Shown here piece after piece: positions 11,167 through 21,942 of a stretch of DNA of 64,000 nucleotides. The translations under genes and the position numbers were made by a program. The first letter of the stretch is position 1, and each line of letters starts with the position of its first letter. This DNA comes from an uncultured cyanobacterium (GTDB lineage Bacteria > Cyanobacteriota > Cyanobacteriia > Cyanobacteriales > CAWCAG01): the NCBI GenBank assembly GCA_963803805.1, contig CAWDOD010000003.1, positions 288,001 to 352,000 of the forward strand. Reading direction: 5' to 3'. The notes beneath the pieces were generated by a model that saw nothing but the letters and a program-made list of their open reading frames with translations, searched no databases and had not been told where the DNA came from.

Positions 11167-11880
11167 TCATTCAACCAAAGGTTCAGAAATAAATTCATCT
11201 AATGAAACATTAGGATCTGATAATAAATCTGACCAATTTTGTTGTAATTCTTGATCTGCTGGATTAAACTTACGAGCTTCGATTAAGGTAGTAATAGCTT
11301 CCGCCCACAAACCTTGTTTGGCATACAAACGAATCCGTTCTTTAATACTACTGTGGGTTATTAAATATTCATCTGTAGTTACTCGTTGAATTACCCCACT
11401 TGCAGCAGCACCAGAAGCTTCAACTCCAGGTTTACAAGTGACTTCTACCCGCCAATTATAAGTACGATTGAGTTCTAAACCTGGCATATTTTTAGGTAAA
11501 GTAATACTGATAATACCTTCACCTTGTTTTATTTCGTAAGTTACATCTGCCACAGGATTATTTGCATCCCCGCTTTCAATGACTAAGTTTACAGTACCCT
11601 CTTTGTAAGGAAAATAAAACCAGAAAGTAGGATATTCTGCTATGGTATTTATTGTATTATCTTTAGGTATCAAAGCAGTAAAAGGTTTGTCTACATCTGG
11701 GCAACCACGTGGTGAAACAGAAGCCGAAGAGCTAACTGGTGGTGCGCCGTTGTTAGGGGGATCATATTCAAGAGGTTCATAAATAGGAATATTTTGACTA
11801 GCAACTGGAGTATTTATACAGTCTTTTCCCGCAACAATAATTAAGCTTAAAGTTGCCAAATAAGTTATTATATTTTTCAT
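11167..11880 (-). CDS. DUF928 domain protein
   Basis: RGC....FTALIP...T....PTFWFYFPY...YAKQGLW.EA...W..LL pattern. Confidence 0.85.
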   Translation of the reverse strand: MKNIITYLATLSLIIVAGKDCINTPVASQNIPIYEPLEYDPPNNGAPPVSSSASVSPRGCPDVDKPFTALIPKDNTINTIAEYPTFWFYFPYKEGTVNLVIESGDANNPVADVTYEIKQGEGIISITLPKNMPGLELNRTYNWRVEVTCKPGVEASGAAASGVIQRVTTDEYLITHSSIKERIRLYAKQGLWAEAITTLIEARKFNPADQELQQNWSDLLSDPNVSLDEFISEPLVE

Positions 11881-11923
11881 GATTTAAACTGCCTATTACC
11901 TATTACTTTAGTACTTCCCACAT

Positions 11924-14302
11924 TCATCTCCAATTTTTCACTAATACCCATCCTCCTACACTACTAATCCCTAGAGAAGCTAAGGTCGGTACTAGCGGCA
12001 TCCATCCTCCTTGCTGTAAAAAAGCGAAACAAACGAGATATAAAACTAAAACACCAACTCCTGTATAAATAAAGACTAAAAATGACTTGCGTTCACGGAG
12101 TGTTTCTGGAAGAGAATTGCTTAGAGAGATAATTGTAATACCACTTCCTACTAAAGACCAAATAATTATCCAAAATACTTCTCCTGTTGGCGATAAAGTC
12201 CATAACAAAGGTCGTTTATCTAAGACTGCACTGAGGATTTGACTAGTCATTTGGGCTTGAATATTTACTCCAGACATTTGCTTTAATACTCCGTTACTAT
12301 AAGGAGTAGAAGAATAAGCAGTAGGGTTATAAATGGGGGCAACTATACCAACAATGACAATACGCCCTTTAATTAATTCAGGATCAAAGTTATTCTCCAG
12401 TACTTCACTAAGAGAAATTGTTGAAGCAGCATTTTTGGAACTACGATAATTAAGTAAAATTTGAAAACCACGATTATCTAATTTTTGATAGCCACCACTA
12501 TTAGGTTGTAAACGTTCAAATATTACATCACCAAGTTTGACACGATTTCTATCTATTGTTTTCGGTTCTATTCCTTCTAAACTTAGGTATTGTGAGGCTA
12601 ACTGAAAACCAAAAGAAAAGCGAGTAGTACACCCATTTTCTAAATCAGAACTCATAAACAAAAGATTACGGCGTAAAACTCCATCGAATTTGTCTAACAG
12701 TATATTGCTAAATCCTAAACTTTCTTCAGTTAATCCAGGGGGTGAAGAGATACCTGGTTGGTTGGGGTCATTTTTAGTTAATTTAACATTACATAAAGCA
12801 ACTAATTTATCATCATTTTGTAAAAGATTAAGTAGTTTTTGATGACCTGATTTGATGGGGCGATCGCGAAAAATCGATAAACCAATTGTGTGAGGTTTAT
12901 GTTCTTTTATTACCTCGATAGTTTCAGCTATTGTGCCATCAGAAAGGGGATAACCATAACGATTAATATCTTCTTCTGTGGCTTCAACTACTAATAAACG
13001 AGGATCTACTCCTTCATCAGGACGCATCCTCATTAACCAATCAAAAGCTTTAAATTCCCAAGCTTGGAATAAACCAAAAGAACGCAATACTATCACTAAC
13101 ATTCCTATCAGTAACCCGAAGGTAATTACTCCCCCTTTACGAAGTAATAAATCGCGGGGAGATAGTACGGGAGGATTACATAATTGTTCCCAAGTAGGAG
13201 GTTGGACAGACCAATGTTGACACACTACAGGTAGCCAACTGGCACAGTAATATTGGTCTTCTATATCTTTGAGCCTTTCTCTAGCTTTTCTAACAGCTAA
13301 ATAAAAAGATTTCCCTTTAGAAAAATTGGCGATAAATTCTGCTAAAAATTCCTGGGCGACGCGATTTTGTACTTGTTCGCGCATCACAATAACTTGGGAA
13401 ATTCCTAATAGTTCTAGTTGAGGAACTAACCCTAAACCTTGACAGGAATTAAAAATAGCTAACTGTAAACCATTTTCAATTGCTACTTGTAATGCTGCAT
13501 TTAATTCAGATATTTCTAGCTTGGTATTTCCATTAATACTAATCCAACCTTTTTGAGCATTAGACTTACTATGGCCGGCATAAAATAAGATATCCCAGCC
13601 TTGTTCATCTCTTAGGCGATCGCAAATTTGTTGACGGGAAGGTTGAGTCAGAATTTCTAAGTCTATCTGCCGGTTACTTCTGAGGGTATGTAAATCTGCT
13701 TCTGGATCTATATTCTGACAATCTCCAACAATAGCTAAAATCCTGACTCTTCCAGCCGCAGTTGATAACTTTTGCTTGGAAGAAAATCGAGGCGCACTTA
13801 AAGCTACTTCTGCTTTAGGATACTTCTTAAAAAAGTCCCATTCCTGCCAAGGTAATTTCCTTAATATTTCGTGATCGGTTTGAATTATAAAAACAACTTC
13901 ATCTTCAGTATTAATATTAGTACGTAAAGCTTGATCAATGGGCTGAAATTCTGGTGAATTGAGCCACTTATTAAGAGTTTCTAATAAGTAAGTAGGTAAT
14001 TCAGTGGCATTTTCTTGATTGCCTCTTTCAATACCATCATTAGAAAATTCTAATACTCTGGGTCTAAAATCAAGCCCTGCCTCACCAAGATTGTCACTAA
14101 GAAAACTACTACTATGACCAATAAAATCTTGATATAGCCATTGCCATCTCTGATAAGTTGTTTGAATTTCCTGGTTAGGGGGCAGACCGCCAGTATCTAT
14201 TTCTTCTAGTAATTCAGCCCCTTTATAAACGGTAACAACAAGATTAGAAAATCCTGCTTCTAAACTGCCATTTCCTAAGCGCAAAGAAATAATTTTTCTC
14301 AT
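11924..14302 (-). CDS. CHAT + CHASE2 transmembrane protein
   Basis: N-terminal CHAT (LPWQEW, FYAGHS, AIFNSCQG), TM helix, CHASE2 (E.KAFD.LMR.RP.E..DPRLLVV, D.FDGVLRR), three C-terminal TM helices. Confidence 0.9.
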   Translation of the reverse strand: MRKIISLRLGNGSLEAGFSNLVVTVYKGAELLEEIDTGGLPPNQEIQTTYQRWQWLYQDFIGHSSSFLSDNLGEAGLDFRPRVLEFSNDGIERGNQENATELPTYLLETLNKWLNSPEFQPIDQALRTNINTEDEVVFIIQTDHEILRKLPWQEWDFFKKYPKAEVALSAPRFSSKQKLSTAAGRVRILAIVGDCQNIDPEADLHTLRSNRQIDLEILTQPSRQQICDRLRDEQGWDILFYAGHSKSNAQKGWISINGNTKLEISELNAALQVAIENGLQLAIFNSCQGLGLVPQLELLGISQVIVMREQVQNRVAQEFLAEFIANFSKGKSFYLAVRKARERLKDIEDQYYCASWLPVVCQHWSVQPPTWEQLCNPPVLSPRDLLLRKGGVITFGLLIGMLVIVLRSFGLFQAWEFKAFDWLMRMRPDEGVDPRLLVVEATEEDINRYGYPLSDGTIAETIEVIKEHKPHTIGLSIFRDRPIKSGHQKLLNLLQNDDKLVALCNVKLTKNDPNQPGISSPPGLTEESLGFSNILLDKFDGVLRRNLLFMSSDLENGCTTRFSFGFQLASQYLSLEGIEPKTIDRNRVKLGDVIFERLQPNSGGYQKLDNRGFQILLNYRSSKNAASTISLSEVLENNFDPELIKGRIVIVGIVAPIYNPTAYSSTPYSNGVLKQMSGVNIQAQMTSQILSAVLDKRPLLWTLSPTGEVFWIIIWSLVGSGITIISLSNSLPETLRERKSFLVFIYTGVGVLVLYLVCFAFLQQGGWMPLVPTLASLGISSVGGWVLVKNWR

Positions 14303-14325
14303 GATATTTATACCAATGCACCAAC

Positions 14326-15303
14326 TTAAACGATAAATTCTTCAGTTAAGCTAGCCATCCCTAAACTAATCCTAAGTTTGAACTTGTCTCCTGGTGAGCA
14401 AGTGAATTCTGGTAATTGAATGAAATAATCTCTCCATTCAGATTTGACTTCTTTAAGAGGTTTTTCTGCTTCAGAAAGTATTTCTAATTTTAAACTTAAT
14501 GGTAAGTGTTTCTGTCCGGAAGCTGGATATAAACGAGCGCGAATTTTGAGCTTTTCTCCTGATTGTGGTGTGATCGTTATCATTAACATTACCCCTCGAT
14601 TAGCCAAGTTAATTTTCAAGTCAATCAACTTGGCTTTATCAATAGTACCAGTACTATTTCTCGGCATATAACTGAGATTTTGGGGTTGTCTTAGCAACAA
14701 CTCTTCAGCATCTTGCCAGCCCTGTTGCAGACTTGCTTTAGTATCTTTAAACCACTGTCCTAATACCACTACTTTTTCTTCAATTGTTTCACTCAGACTT
14801 TGAGTAGTAACTTCATATTGTTCCTGTTGGCTAAGATATTCAGGAAAATCTTCTAAAGAACGTAATTGCTCAAAAGAAACAACTCCTTCTGTTTCTTCTA
14901 CTGAAGGTACAAAACCGATAATATGTTGTTGCCTTTGAGATTCATTTATATAAACAAAAACATAACCAATACGGTTTTGCCAAGCATCAGGGGGAACATA
15001 AATATCTTCGTCTGAGGAAATGGCGCGACATTCTAACTTGCCGTGATTTTTGACTTCTAAATCTGCTACATTAGCAAAGCTAGACATGACCGGATCATGA
15101 AAGTCGCTACTATCCCAATCTGTTTCATAACCTAATAGTTCTAAATAGTCTTTAACAACACATACCGCCAAAATGTTATAGTAAAACTCCTTAGCTTGAT
15201 TTGAATTTAATTTCTTTTGACTCAAGTTCTTCGCTACTTCTTGATGAGAAAAAGTTAAGTCAATAGGAAATGTTAAATTGTCAGTTATTGCCTCGATGTT
15301 CAT
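14326..15303 (-). CDS. DUF1822 family protein
   Basis: Y.N.LAV..V..YL..LG, ADL.V...G.LECR, RIGYVFV, L.QW, LP..LKL..L, F...PG..F motifs. Confidence 0.85.
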   Translation of the reverse strand: MNIEAITDNLTFPIDLTFSHQEVAKNLSQKKLNSNQAKEFYYNILAVCVVKDYLELLGYETDWDSSDFHDPVMSSFANVADLEVKNHGKLECRAISSDEDIYVPPDAWQNRIGYVFVYINESQRQQHIIGFVPSVEETEGVVSFEQLRSLEDFPEYLSQQEQYEVTTQSLSETIEEKVVVLGQWFKDTKASLQQGWQDAEELLLRQPQNLSYMPRNSTGTIDKAKLIDLKINLANRGVMLMITITPQSGEKLKIRARLYPASGQKHLPLSLKLEILSEAEKPLKEVKSEWRDYFIQLPEFTCSPGDKFKLRISLGMASLTEEFIV

Positions 15304-15323
15304 TACTTATTGCTCCTAGTTGA

Positions 15324-16292
15324 TTATTGCAAAATCTCTCTCAAATACGTTTTAACTTTGCTTCGCTCTCGATAATAGAAAGTGCTGATGGTGCTTTGGG
15401 GAATATTCCATTTCTGGGACAGATTTTCAAAAGTCTCTCCTTCCCAATAAAGACCGATTAAAATATCGGCAAAGGTTTTCTTGGTAATTTTTCTAATCCT
15501 TTTATTTAACTTCGGATGTTCTTTAACAAGGGTTTTTAGTTCTTCTGACCTTTGGTGGCAAGCAAATTTTTCTTCGTAGTTTCCTGGTTGATTAGAAAAA
15601 GTTCGCGAAGTAGGATCTTCAATCTTGATTAAGACTTTATCTTCTTGAGCTTTACGAGATTGACTTTTTTTGAGTCCTAAAATCTGCCCAGCAGCATCAG
15701 GAAATTTCTTAGCAATCCAGTAATTTACCAAAGCCATAAAATCTTTACTTTCGTCGTATTCGCTAATCCTTTTCAAAGTATAGAGAATAGACTCTTTTTT
15801 TGCTTCGTAAAATGCCTCCTCGTAATCTCGCTTTGATAAATTGAAACTTGCCCCTAGTCCTACTCTTTTATAAACATTTTGTGTGTCCATGGCTTTAAGT
15901 AGCCACTGGGTATAAGTTCTCCTTTGAGGAGAATTTTCTGGAGTATGTTTGACTTTGGCAGCTAGAGTATTGATAAAGTTATCTGTGATTAATTCTTGCT
16001 CGTATTTGCGTTTCAGAATAGCTGCTTCTTCGGTCAAAGATTTAGCTATTTCCAAACAATTGGTGGTTTGATTAAGTTGAGATTCAAACAAATCCTCAAT
16101 ATTCTGCTTGAGTTCTGATTTAATTGCTTGAATTTCTCTGGTAAATAGTTCTTTAAGCTCCTGGTTTCTCCACCAACAATATGTAGATAACTTTTCAATA
16201 ACCTTTGTTTTAATTGCTATAGCCTCCTCACTCTCAGGTCTAGATTCTTGATACTTTTTGAGTAAATCACTGATCTGTATTGGTTCCCTCAT
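15324..16292 (-). CDS. Sigma-70-like / C-terminal HTH transcription regulator
   Basis: C-terminal HTH (ETFENLSQKWNIPQSTISTFY.R) and YDESKDFM..VN region-2-like segment; directly upstream of DUF1822. Confidence 0.6.
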   Translation of the reverse strand: MREPIQISDLLKKYQESRPESEEAIAIKTKVIEKLSTYCWWRNQELKELFTREIQAIKSELKQNIEDLFESQLNQTTNCLEIAKSLTEEAAILKRKYEQELITDNFINTLAAKVKHTPENSPQRRTYTQWLLKAMDTQNVYKRVGLGASFNLSKRDYEEAFYEAKKESILYTLKRISEYDESKDFMALVNYWIAKKFPDAAGQILGLKKSQSRKAQEDKVLIKIEDPTSRTFSNQPGNYEEKFACHQRSEELKTLVKEHPKLNKRIRKITKKTFADILIGLYWEGETFENLSQKWNIPQSTISTFYYRERSKVKTYLREILQ

Positions 16293-16578
16293 ATTTCATG
16301 GTACTCATCTGGATTTACTCAATTATTATCTCAACTACTATAAAATGTCCCTACTACTCGCCATAAGTAGCGAAAGTTTACGTAAGTGCATTTCCGCATC
16401 TGAGAATTTCACCAGCATCTATTTGTATTTCTCATAAAGCAGCGCAATTTTATGCAAAATTTGGGAAATATATTTAATTCTCTTACCCAAATTAAATTTG
16501 ATAGGTGGCTAATGGCTAGTGGCTAGTTGCGAATAATCCTGTCTCCCCGTCTCACTAACAACACTTGCACTCTAACTA

Positions 16579-17139
16579 CTACTCTTTTAACCAAGCAAAT
16601 ATTTCACTTACCTTAAGCTGTAACCCTTGGGCAAACTCTGGCACTGGCAACACCGTTTCTCCCTCAAACACCTGCACTGGTTGATTGGCACTATAAACAA
16701 AAATGCACAATTCCTCCGGATCTACTAACCAACCCATCTCCGTACCATAATCGAGACAATGAAGAATGTTAAGGATTACCTTGCTTTGTCTTTGATTAGG
16801 AGAAAGAATTTCTATTGTCCAATCCGGCGGAATATTAAAAGCATTTTCTACTCTTCCGTCAGGCTTCCGAGGTATATTATCCCACTGAAAAACTGACACA
16901 TCTGGTACTATAGAGCGTTTTCCGAAAGTACAACGTAACTCTGGATAAGCACGAGCGACTTTCTTAGGCTTCAAAGTGCTATTAACAGTACTGACTAAAT
17001 CCCCTTGCAGTGTGCTATGTTCTCCCTGGGGCATGACTTTCTGAATAATTTCTCCCTTAATATACTCGCTAGCGGGTTTCGTCTCTGGTAACTCCAGGAA
17101 TTTCTCTAAGGTTAGGAGTTTTGTGGGTGTCTGTACCAT
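16579..17139 (-). CDS. Uma2 family (DUF820) endonuclease
   Basis: LTLE.FLELPETKPASEY, VPDVSV, PDWTIEILSP; start taken at MVQTP. Confidence 0.9.
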   Translation of the reverse strand: MVQTPTKLLTLEKFLELPETKPASEYIKGEIIQKVMPQGEHSTLQGDLVSTVNSTLKPKKVARAYPELRCTFGKRSIVPDVSVFQWDNIPRKPDGRVENAFNIPPDWTIEILSPNQRQSKVILNILHCLDYGTEMGWLVDPEELCIFVYSANQPVQVFEGETVLPVPEFAQGLQLKVSEIFAWLKE

Positions 17140-17224
17140 AGGACTACTTTTCCGTTGTAGAATCAAAGCTAGCTTATAGCTTCCGATTATAGCTTATGGC
17201 AGATTAGTGTTTAATGTATAGACA

Positions 17225-17284
17225 GGGCGACCCAATCTAAATTCTAGTTGGTCGGAAATACTTTGGAAACGGGTCGCCCCTACA
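17225..17284 (-). repeat. REP-like hairpin, family A (GTAGGGGCGACCC-N~37-GGGTCGCCC)
   Basis: Perfect 9-bp inverted repeat with terminal GTAG; related copies at 21943, 25312, 25519 and 38484. Confidence 0.85.
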
Positions 17285-17296
17285 ACTTATTACTTA

Positions 17297-20041
17297 TTAC
17301 TTACTTCCCATCGAACTCCAAGCCCCAGAAGGAATAAAAGCCGCCCAAAAATAGGGATGGGCATACTGATTACTGTTCAACATCTCCAACTGTACTTGCC
17401 GCAGCGCTTCACTCCTGCCCTCTTGGTTAAGCAAACGCTGGTAATACTTCACCATTAAATCCTTCGTACCATCATCAGAAACATTCCACAAACTCATCAC
17501 CTGACTCTCTGCCCCTGCCATCACAAAAGCGCGACGTAAACCGTAAACTCCGTCACCGTTGGCTACTTCCCCTACCCCTGTTTCACAAGCAGAAAGTACC
17601 ACGAGTTTTGTCCCTCGCAGGTTTAAACCTGTGGCTTCCAGGGCAGTTAGTACCCCATCTTCTGTACCGCTTTGTTTGTTATTAAACCCAGCAAGGGCTA
17701 AACCGGAACGGAGGAGGGGGTTTTCCTGGGGAACTTCAGGACGCTCAAAACCAGGACGTTCATAGATGCCGACAATACCTCTATCGTTAAAACTAAAACT
17801 GTTATCTGCTTCAGCAACCAGCTTTACTGGGAGGAAAAAGCCGTGGGTAGCGATGTGGAGGATATTAGGGCTATTTACTTGTTTGACTAGGTTTTCTGTG
17901 GCTTGGGTTTTGGTGAATAACTGCACATCTGGTAAGATTTGCTGCAATGCTTCTGCTTCTGCGGCAGTGCCAGGTAAAGCACCAAAGGATATTTGGGAGA
18001 TGTCCCCGGAACGTTGGTTAGTGCTACGGGTGTTGCTGGCTAGTTGAATGTTGGTTTCCCCAGCTTGGTTATATGCCGGATCTGCTAAGACTATTGCTCC
18101 CTGGTTATTGGGGTAGTTGTTTTGCAGGCGGATTAAATCTCTGCCTGTGGTGAGGTAGGTGATGGTGTAGTTTTCCACCAGGTATTGCCCATTTTCATCT
18201 ACTAAGGCAGCAAAGGGAATGAGGTTAAGTTGGCTGTCGGGGGAGAGGAGGATGTTTTTCTTATTACCCAGTTTATTGCGGATGGGTGCTGTGACTAGTT
18301 TGTCTAGGTTGCGTCCGATGGTGGTGGCATTAGAGGATTGGTTTTGTAGGGCTTGGCGGAATTGTTGAACAGCTTGGTTGATGGGTGCTGCTGGGCCTAA
18401 GTCTACCCAGTCTATTTCGCCTGTGGGTTGGAGGATGTAGGCGGCGTAGTGTAGTGCTTCCCATTTGTTTTCTTGAGCATTGTAAGGTTTGTAGGAAACT
18501 ATTTCTACTAAGGCAGCATTTGCAGGAACGAGTTTTTGCACTGCCTCAATGGTGACAGGTTCGTTAATTTGACGAAACTCAATGCTACGTTGGGCGAGTT
18601 GATTGGCTAGGTTTTGTTCTTCTGCTTTGAGTGTGGCTATTTGTTGGCGATAAACTTCGGGATCTGTTTCTCCTAAGCCTTGGTAGAGGAGGGCTGCTAG
18701 TTGGGAGCGTTTGTTTGCTAGTTCATCGAGGAGTTGTTGGTTTTCTGGCGTTAAGTTGTCGCGGATGAGTTGGATGTTTTCTGTAGTTGCATCGAGTATT
18801 CTGCCTTTGCGACGGAGGAGGGTTTCTAGGGCGAGGTTTGCTGCTTGGGAGTTGGTGGGTAGGTTTTGTAAGTGGAGGCTGAGAGCAATATCTGTTGTGT
18901 TCTTGATAGTGGCAAGGTAGGCTTTTTTTCTAGTTTCAGAGCCGATACTAAGGTTAAGGGAAAGGTTTTCTTCTTCAATATTGAGGCTGCGAACGAATAA
19001 TTCTAATGAACGGTTGGGGTTATTTTGCTTTTGATGCAGCACTGCGAGATTACTGAGATTTATTGCTACGTTGGGATGATTTTCTCCCAAGGCTTTTTCC
19101 CAGATATTGAGAGAGCGTAGTAACAGAGGTTCGGCTGCTGCGTAGTTCCCTTGGCTTTGGTATAACGATGCGAGATTGTTAAGACTTGCGGCTACGTTAG
19201 GATGATTTTCTCCCAGTGCTTTTTCTCTGATTTTGAGAGAGCGTAGTAACAGAGGTTCGGCTGCTGTGTAGTTCCCTTGGCTTTGGTACAACGATGCGAG
19301 ATTGTTAAGACTTGCGGCTACGTTAGGATGATTTTCTCCCAGTACTTCCTCACCGATATTGAGGGAACGAAGGTAGAGAGGTTCTGCTACTGTATAATTT
19401 CCTTGATATCTATGCAGTAAAGCTAATTCATTGAGGCTGTTTGCAACATCAAGGTGGTTAGGATTAAGAACCTTTTCTCTAATGCTCAAAACCTCTTCAG
19501 CTAAAGGAATTGCTTGGCTATATTGACCTTGCTCTCTAAGTTCCATTACTCTTTGCTCAAGCTTCTTTGCTTTTGCTAATTCCACCTCAGAAGTAGTAGC
19601 AGACCGCCGAGCCAGCAAGTAATTTCCTGTTTTTCCTGCTTCGAGAGTTGTAACAGTAATTGTGTAAGTGTCAGTGACCGGTAAAGTAACAACAATTTTT
19701 GCATTATTGCCTTCGCCACTATTATCATCTGCGTCAATTAAGTTTTTTGCTGAATCAATAAGTACCAAGAAAACATCAAATTCTGTGCTATTAAGCTCAA
19801 TAACTATCTGTTCTCCTTCTTGCCCCTCGAAAGTGTGAATGTTGTAATAATGCTCTTCCTCAAAAATATTACTCTCACTATCCAACCTCCCCCTAATTGT
19901 CGTAACTTCCCTCTCCTCAACCTCAGCAGCCTCAACACCTTGCCCAAAAACTGGGGCTGGTTTCTCCACCAACACACCAAAACCACCCAAAGCAACCATC
20001 ACCCCAAGCAATAATCGCTTCTTAAAATTGCTGCTGCCCAT
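17297..20041 (-). CDS. Signal peptide + PPC-like + TPR + CHAT protease
   Basis: PPC-like domain (HTFEG..GE.I.IEL.S.EFD.FL.L...DDNSG), 42-aa TPRs, HIATHG, NPLLRSGL, VVLSAC, HPYFWAAF. Confidence 0.9.
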   Translation of the reverse strand: MGSSNFKKRLLLGVMVALGGFGVLVEKPAPVFGQGVEAAEVEEREVTTIRGRLDSESNIFEEEHYYNIHTFEGQEGEQIVIELNSTEFDVFLVLIDSAKNLIDADDNSGEGNNAKIVVTLPVTDTYTITVTTLEAGKTGNYLLARRSATTSEVELAKAKKLEQRVMELREQGQYSQAIPLAEEVLSIREKVLNPNHLDVANSLNELALLHRYQGNYTVAEPLYLRSLNIGEEVLGENHPNVAASLNNLASLYQSQGNYTAAEPLLLRSLKIREKALGENHPNVAASLNNLASLYQSQGNYAAAEPLLLRSLNIWEKALGENHPNVAINLSNLAVLHQKQNNPNRSLELFVRSLNIEEENLSLNLSIGSETRKKAYLATIKNTTDIALSLHLQNLPTNSQAANLALETLLRRKGRILDATTENIQLIRDNLTPENQQLLDELANKRSQLAALLYQGLGETDPEVYRQQIATLKAEEQNLANQLAQRSIEFRQINEPVTIEAVQKLVPANAALVEIVSYKPYNAQENKWEALHYAAYILQPTGEIDWVDLGPAAPINQAVQQFRQALQNQSSNATTIGRNLDKLVTAPIRNKLGNKKNILLSPDSQLNLIPFAALVDENGQYLVENYTITYLTTGRDLIRLQNNYPNNQGAIVLADPAYNQAGETNIQLASNTRSTNQRSGDISQISFGALPGTAAEAEALQQILPDVQLFTKTQATENLVKQVNSPNILHIATHGFFLPVKLVAEADNSFSFNDRGIVGIYERPGFERPEVPQENPLLRSGLALAGFNNKQSGTEDGVLTALEATGLNLRGTKLVVLSACETGVGEVANGDGVYGLRRAFVMAGAESQVMSLWNVSDDGTKDLMVKYYQRLLNQEGRSEALRQVQLEMLNSNQYAHPYFWAAFIPSGAWSSMGSK
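19075..19342. repeat. 126-bp near-identical tandem TPR units
   Basis: GATGATTTTCTCCCA at 19075, 19201 and 19327, with nearly identical sequence between. Confidence 0.9.
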
Positions 20042-20868
20042 AACTCTCTACATCCCTAGTTTTGTCCCACTATCTCATATTTGCTAAAAACATCTGCTTA
20101 AATAAACAGAAAAATTATCTTTAGCAGTATCAACTATCTATAACTTCGCAGCCAAGTCTCAAAAAATACGCAAACGGCAAAAGAATTTAGAATGTTGAGA
20201 TCGCTACTTGCTCCGGTGCGATCGCAAAAGCAAATCACTGTAGGATGGACAAAGAGTTTTATCAGCAAAACTTTTCTTTCTACTGTGTACCGTTTTAATA
20301 ATTTAAACCTCTACAATTTCTTGGGCTTTTTATGAAGTTATGTTGAGAACGAAGTGATAAAGCTTTGCATGAGCTTGCATTAAGAGAAGGATTAAGGGAA
20401 AATTATTAAAAGTGATATTATTACTATCTTTTTGCCTTAAAAACTCTTGACTGTTATAAACCAACGTAATCTCAAGGTTTGTCTAAGGCTGCATAGCTTG
20501 CAAAAGAAAAGCCTTCTTGACTAAAACTCCCGACGAAACAATTTATTTTTTGACCTCGATTTAACTATCTATTGACAAACTGACTATTTTGTGCGATTAG
20601 TCAGGTTAATCCCAAAGAGTTACCCCCACAGTTAAAATGGGTTGCTAATTGACATTCAGTGCGATCGCACTACACTCTAAAATCCCTGAAATAAAAAGTC
20701 TTCGACATCATGTAGAGTTATAAATTGAACTTATTTTATTAGCCTCTGCTTTCGTCGCTTTCGCAATAGTTATAGTACCGGATCTGCCTAACCTCTATTC
20801 AGAAAAAATTTTTATCCACTCTACTTTCTAACTAAAAACAGTGTAATCCCTGAGAAAAACAGCTATAA

Positions 20869-20928
20869 GGTGGGCAAGATTAATCACCAACTTAACAACT
20901 CAAATTATTTGGCATTTGCCCACCCTAC
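20869..20928 (-). repeat. REP-like hairpin, family B (GTAGGGTGGGCA...TGCCCACC)
   Basis: GGTGGGCA/TGCCCACC inverted repeat plus CTAC end; the right end is duplicated at ~20815-20834. Confidence 0.7.
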
Positions 20929-20941
20929 TTTCTAACTACTT

Positions 20942-21403
20942 TTAAAGAAAAACCCCCGCAAGAAAGACGTTTTTATCATCTACCAATTCCAAAATCTGGT
21001 TGAATTTAGCAGAAAGTCCAACCACACGGGGCTGTTGAGACTTATCCAAACCTTGATACCATTGAGAAGTCATCATTTCCTCAATACTGGGTAATTGACC
21101 CCCTGCATACTCCATGAGAAAGTTCTGCACAATCTCTTGATCACTTGCAGGGAGAGTGGCAGACCATTCTTTGTAAATAGCCACAGCTAAATCACTACCT
21201 GATTCAACTTCGCTAGTATCAACATTATCTAAATTGATGCCTAAGCTTTCTCCTATGACTTCTGCCTCTCTAATTGTAGATTTTGTTACGTTGATTATGT
21301 TAGTTACGTCTTCTAGAAAATCAAACGGCCCTGCAAATGCAGGTGCTGTAACTGTAGTAGCTAAGATTAGGCTTACTGGAATGGCAAAGTACTTAAAAGA
21401 CAT
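20942..21403 (-). CDS. Hypothetical secreted protein
   Basis: 153-aa ORF with a Sec signal ending APAFA. Confidence 0.75.
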   Translation of the reverse strand: MSFKYFAIPVSLILATTVTAPAFAGPFDFLEDVTNIINVTKSTIREAEVIGESLGINLDNVDTSEVESGSDLAVAIYKEWSATLPASDQEIVQNFLMEYAGGQLPSIEEMMTSQWYQGLDKSQQPRVVGLSAKFNQILELVDDKNVFLAGVFL

Positions 21404-21634
21404 AACAAATTTCTCACACTAAATTTTTGGGATAAGAGCAAACTGTGTAGATGTGAATCTCTAATCAGTAGCTCTTACTTTTGATTTATCTAGGAAGCCT
21501 TTTCATTTACGCAAAATTTCCAGATTTTTTTGAGGAGATTGACAGCCCAATGTTAAAACCCTTTGAAATAGGCGCTTACAGATTTTCTACTTTGTTCCAA
21601 ATCAAGAATGTTCCTTTCCCAATCTAAGTTAATT

Positions 21635-21887
21635 AATCACACAACTTGGAAGGTTGCATAAAAAGAGATGAATTGCCTATTCGCTCAACCCGCCAAAGAT
21701 TAAAATCGGTGGCTAATAGCCCAAGTCATCTTTAAGATGACTACCAACTGCTGGGATTGCCCCCAAGAAAAAGTGTCAGCAAATTCCCAAAAACTAATCC
21801 CCTAGTCATCTTCAGATGTCGAGCGCTATCAGCCCCGAATTTATTCGCGGGCGATATATGCTTACAACCTTCAAGCGTCGTGTAATT
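21635..21887. repeat. Nested palindromic non-autonomous element (MITE/REPIN-like)
   Basis: Outer IR ACACAACTTGGAAGGTTG/CAACCTTCAAGCGTCGTGT, inner IR GGCTAATAGC/GCTATCAGCC, and two AGTCATCT..AGATG palindromes. Confidence 0.7.
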
Positions 21888-21942
21888 ACCTAAAGATGAA
21901 ACCATTGCCCCCTAACCAACCTCTTAACTTATTACTTATTAA

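Noticed and set aside
20042-20860. Hidden gene or ncRNA in the long intergenic region
   Set aside because: No convincing ORF, repeat or structure found by eye; a decayed gene cannot be excluded.
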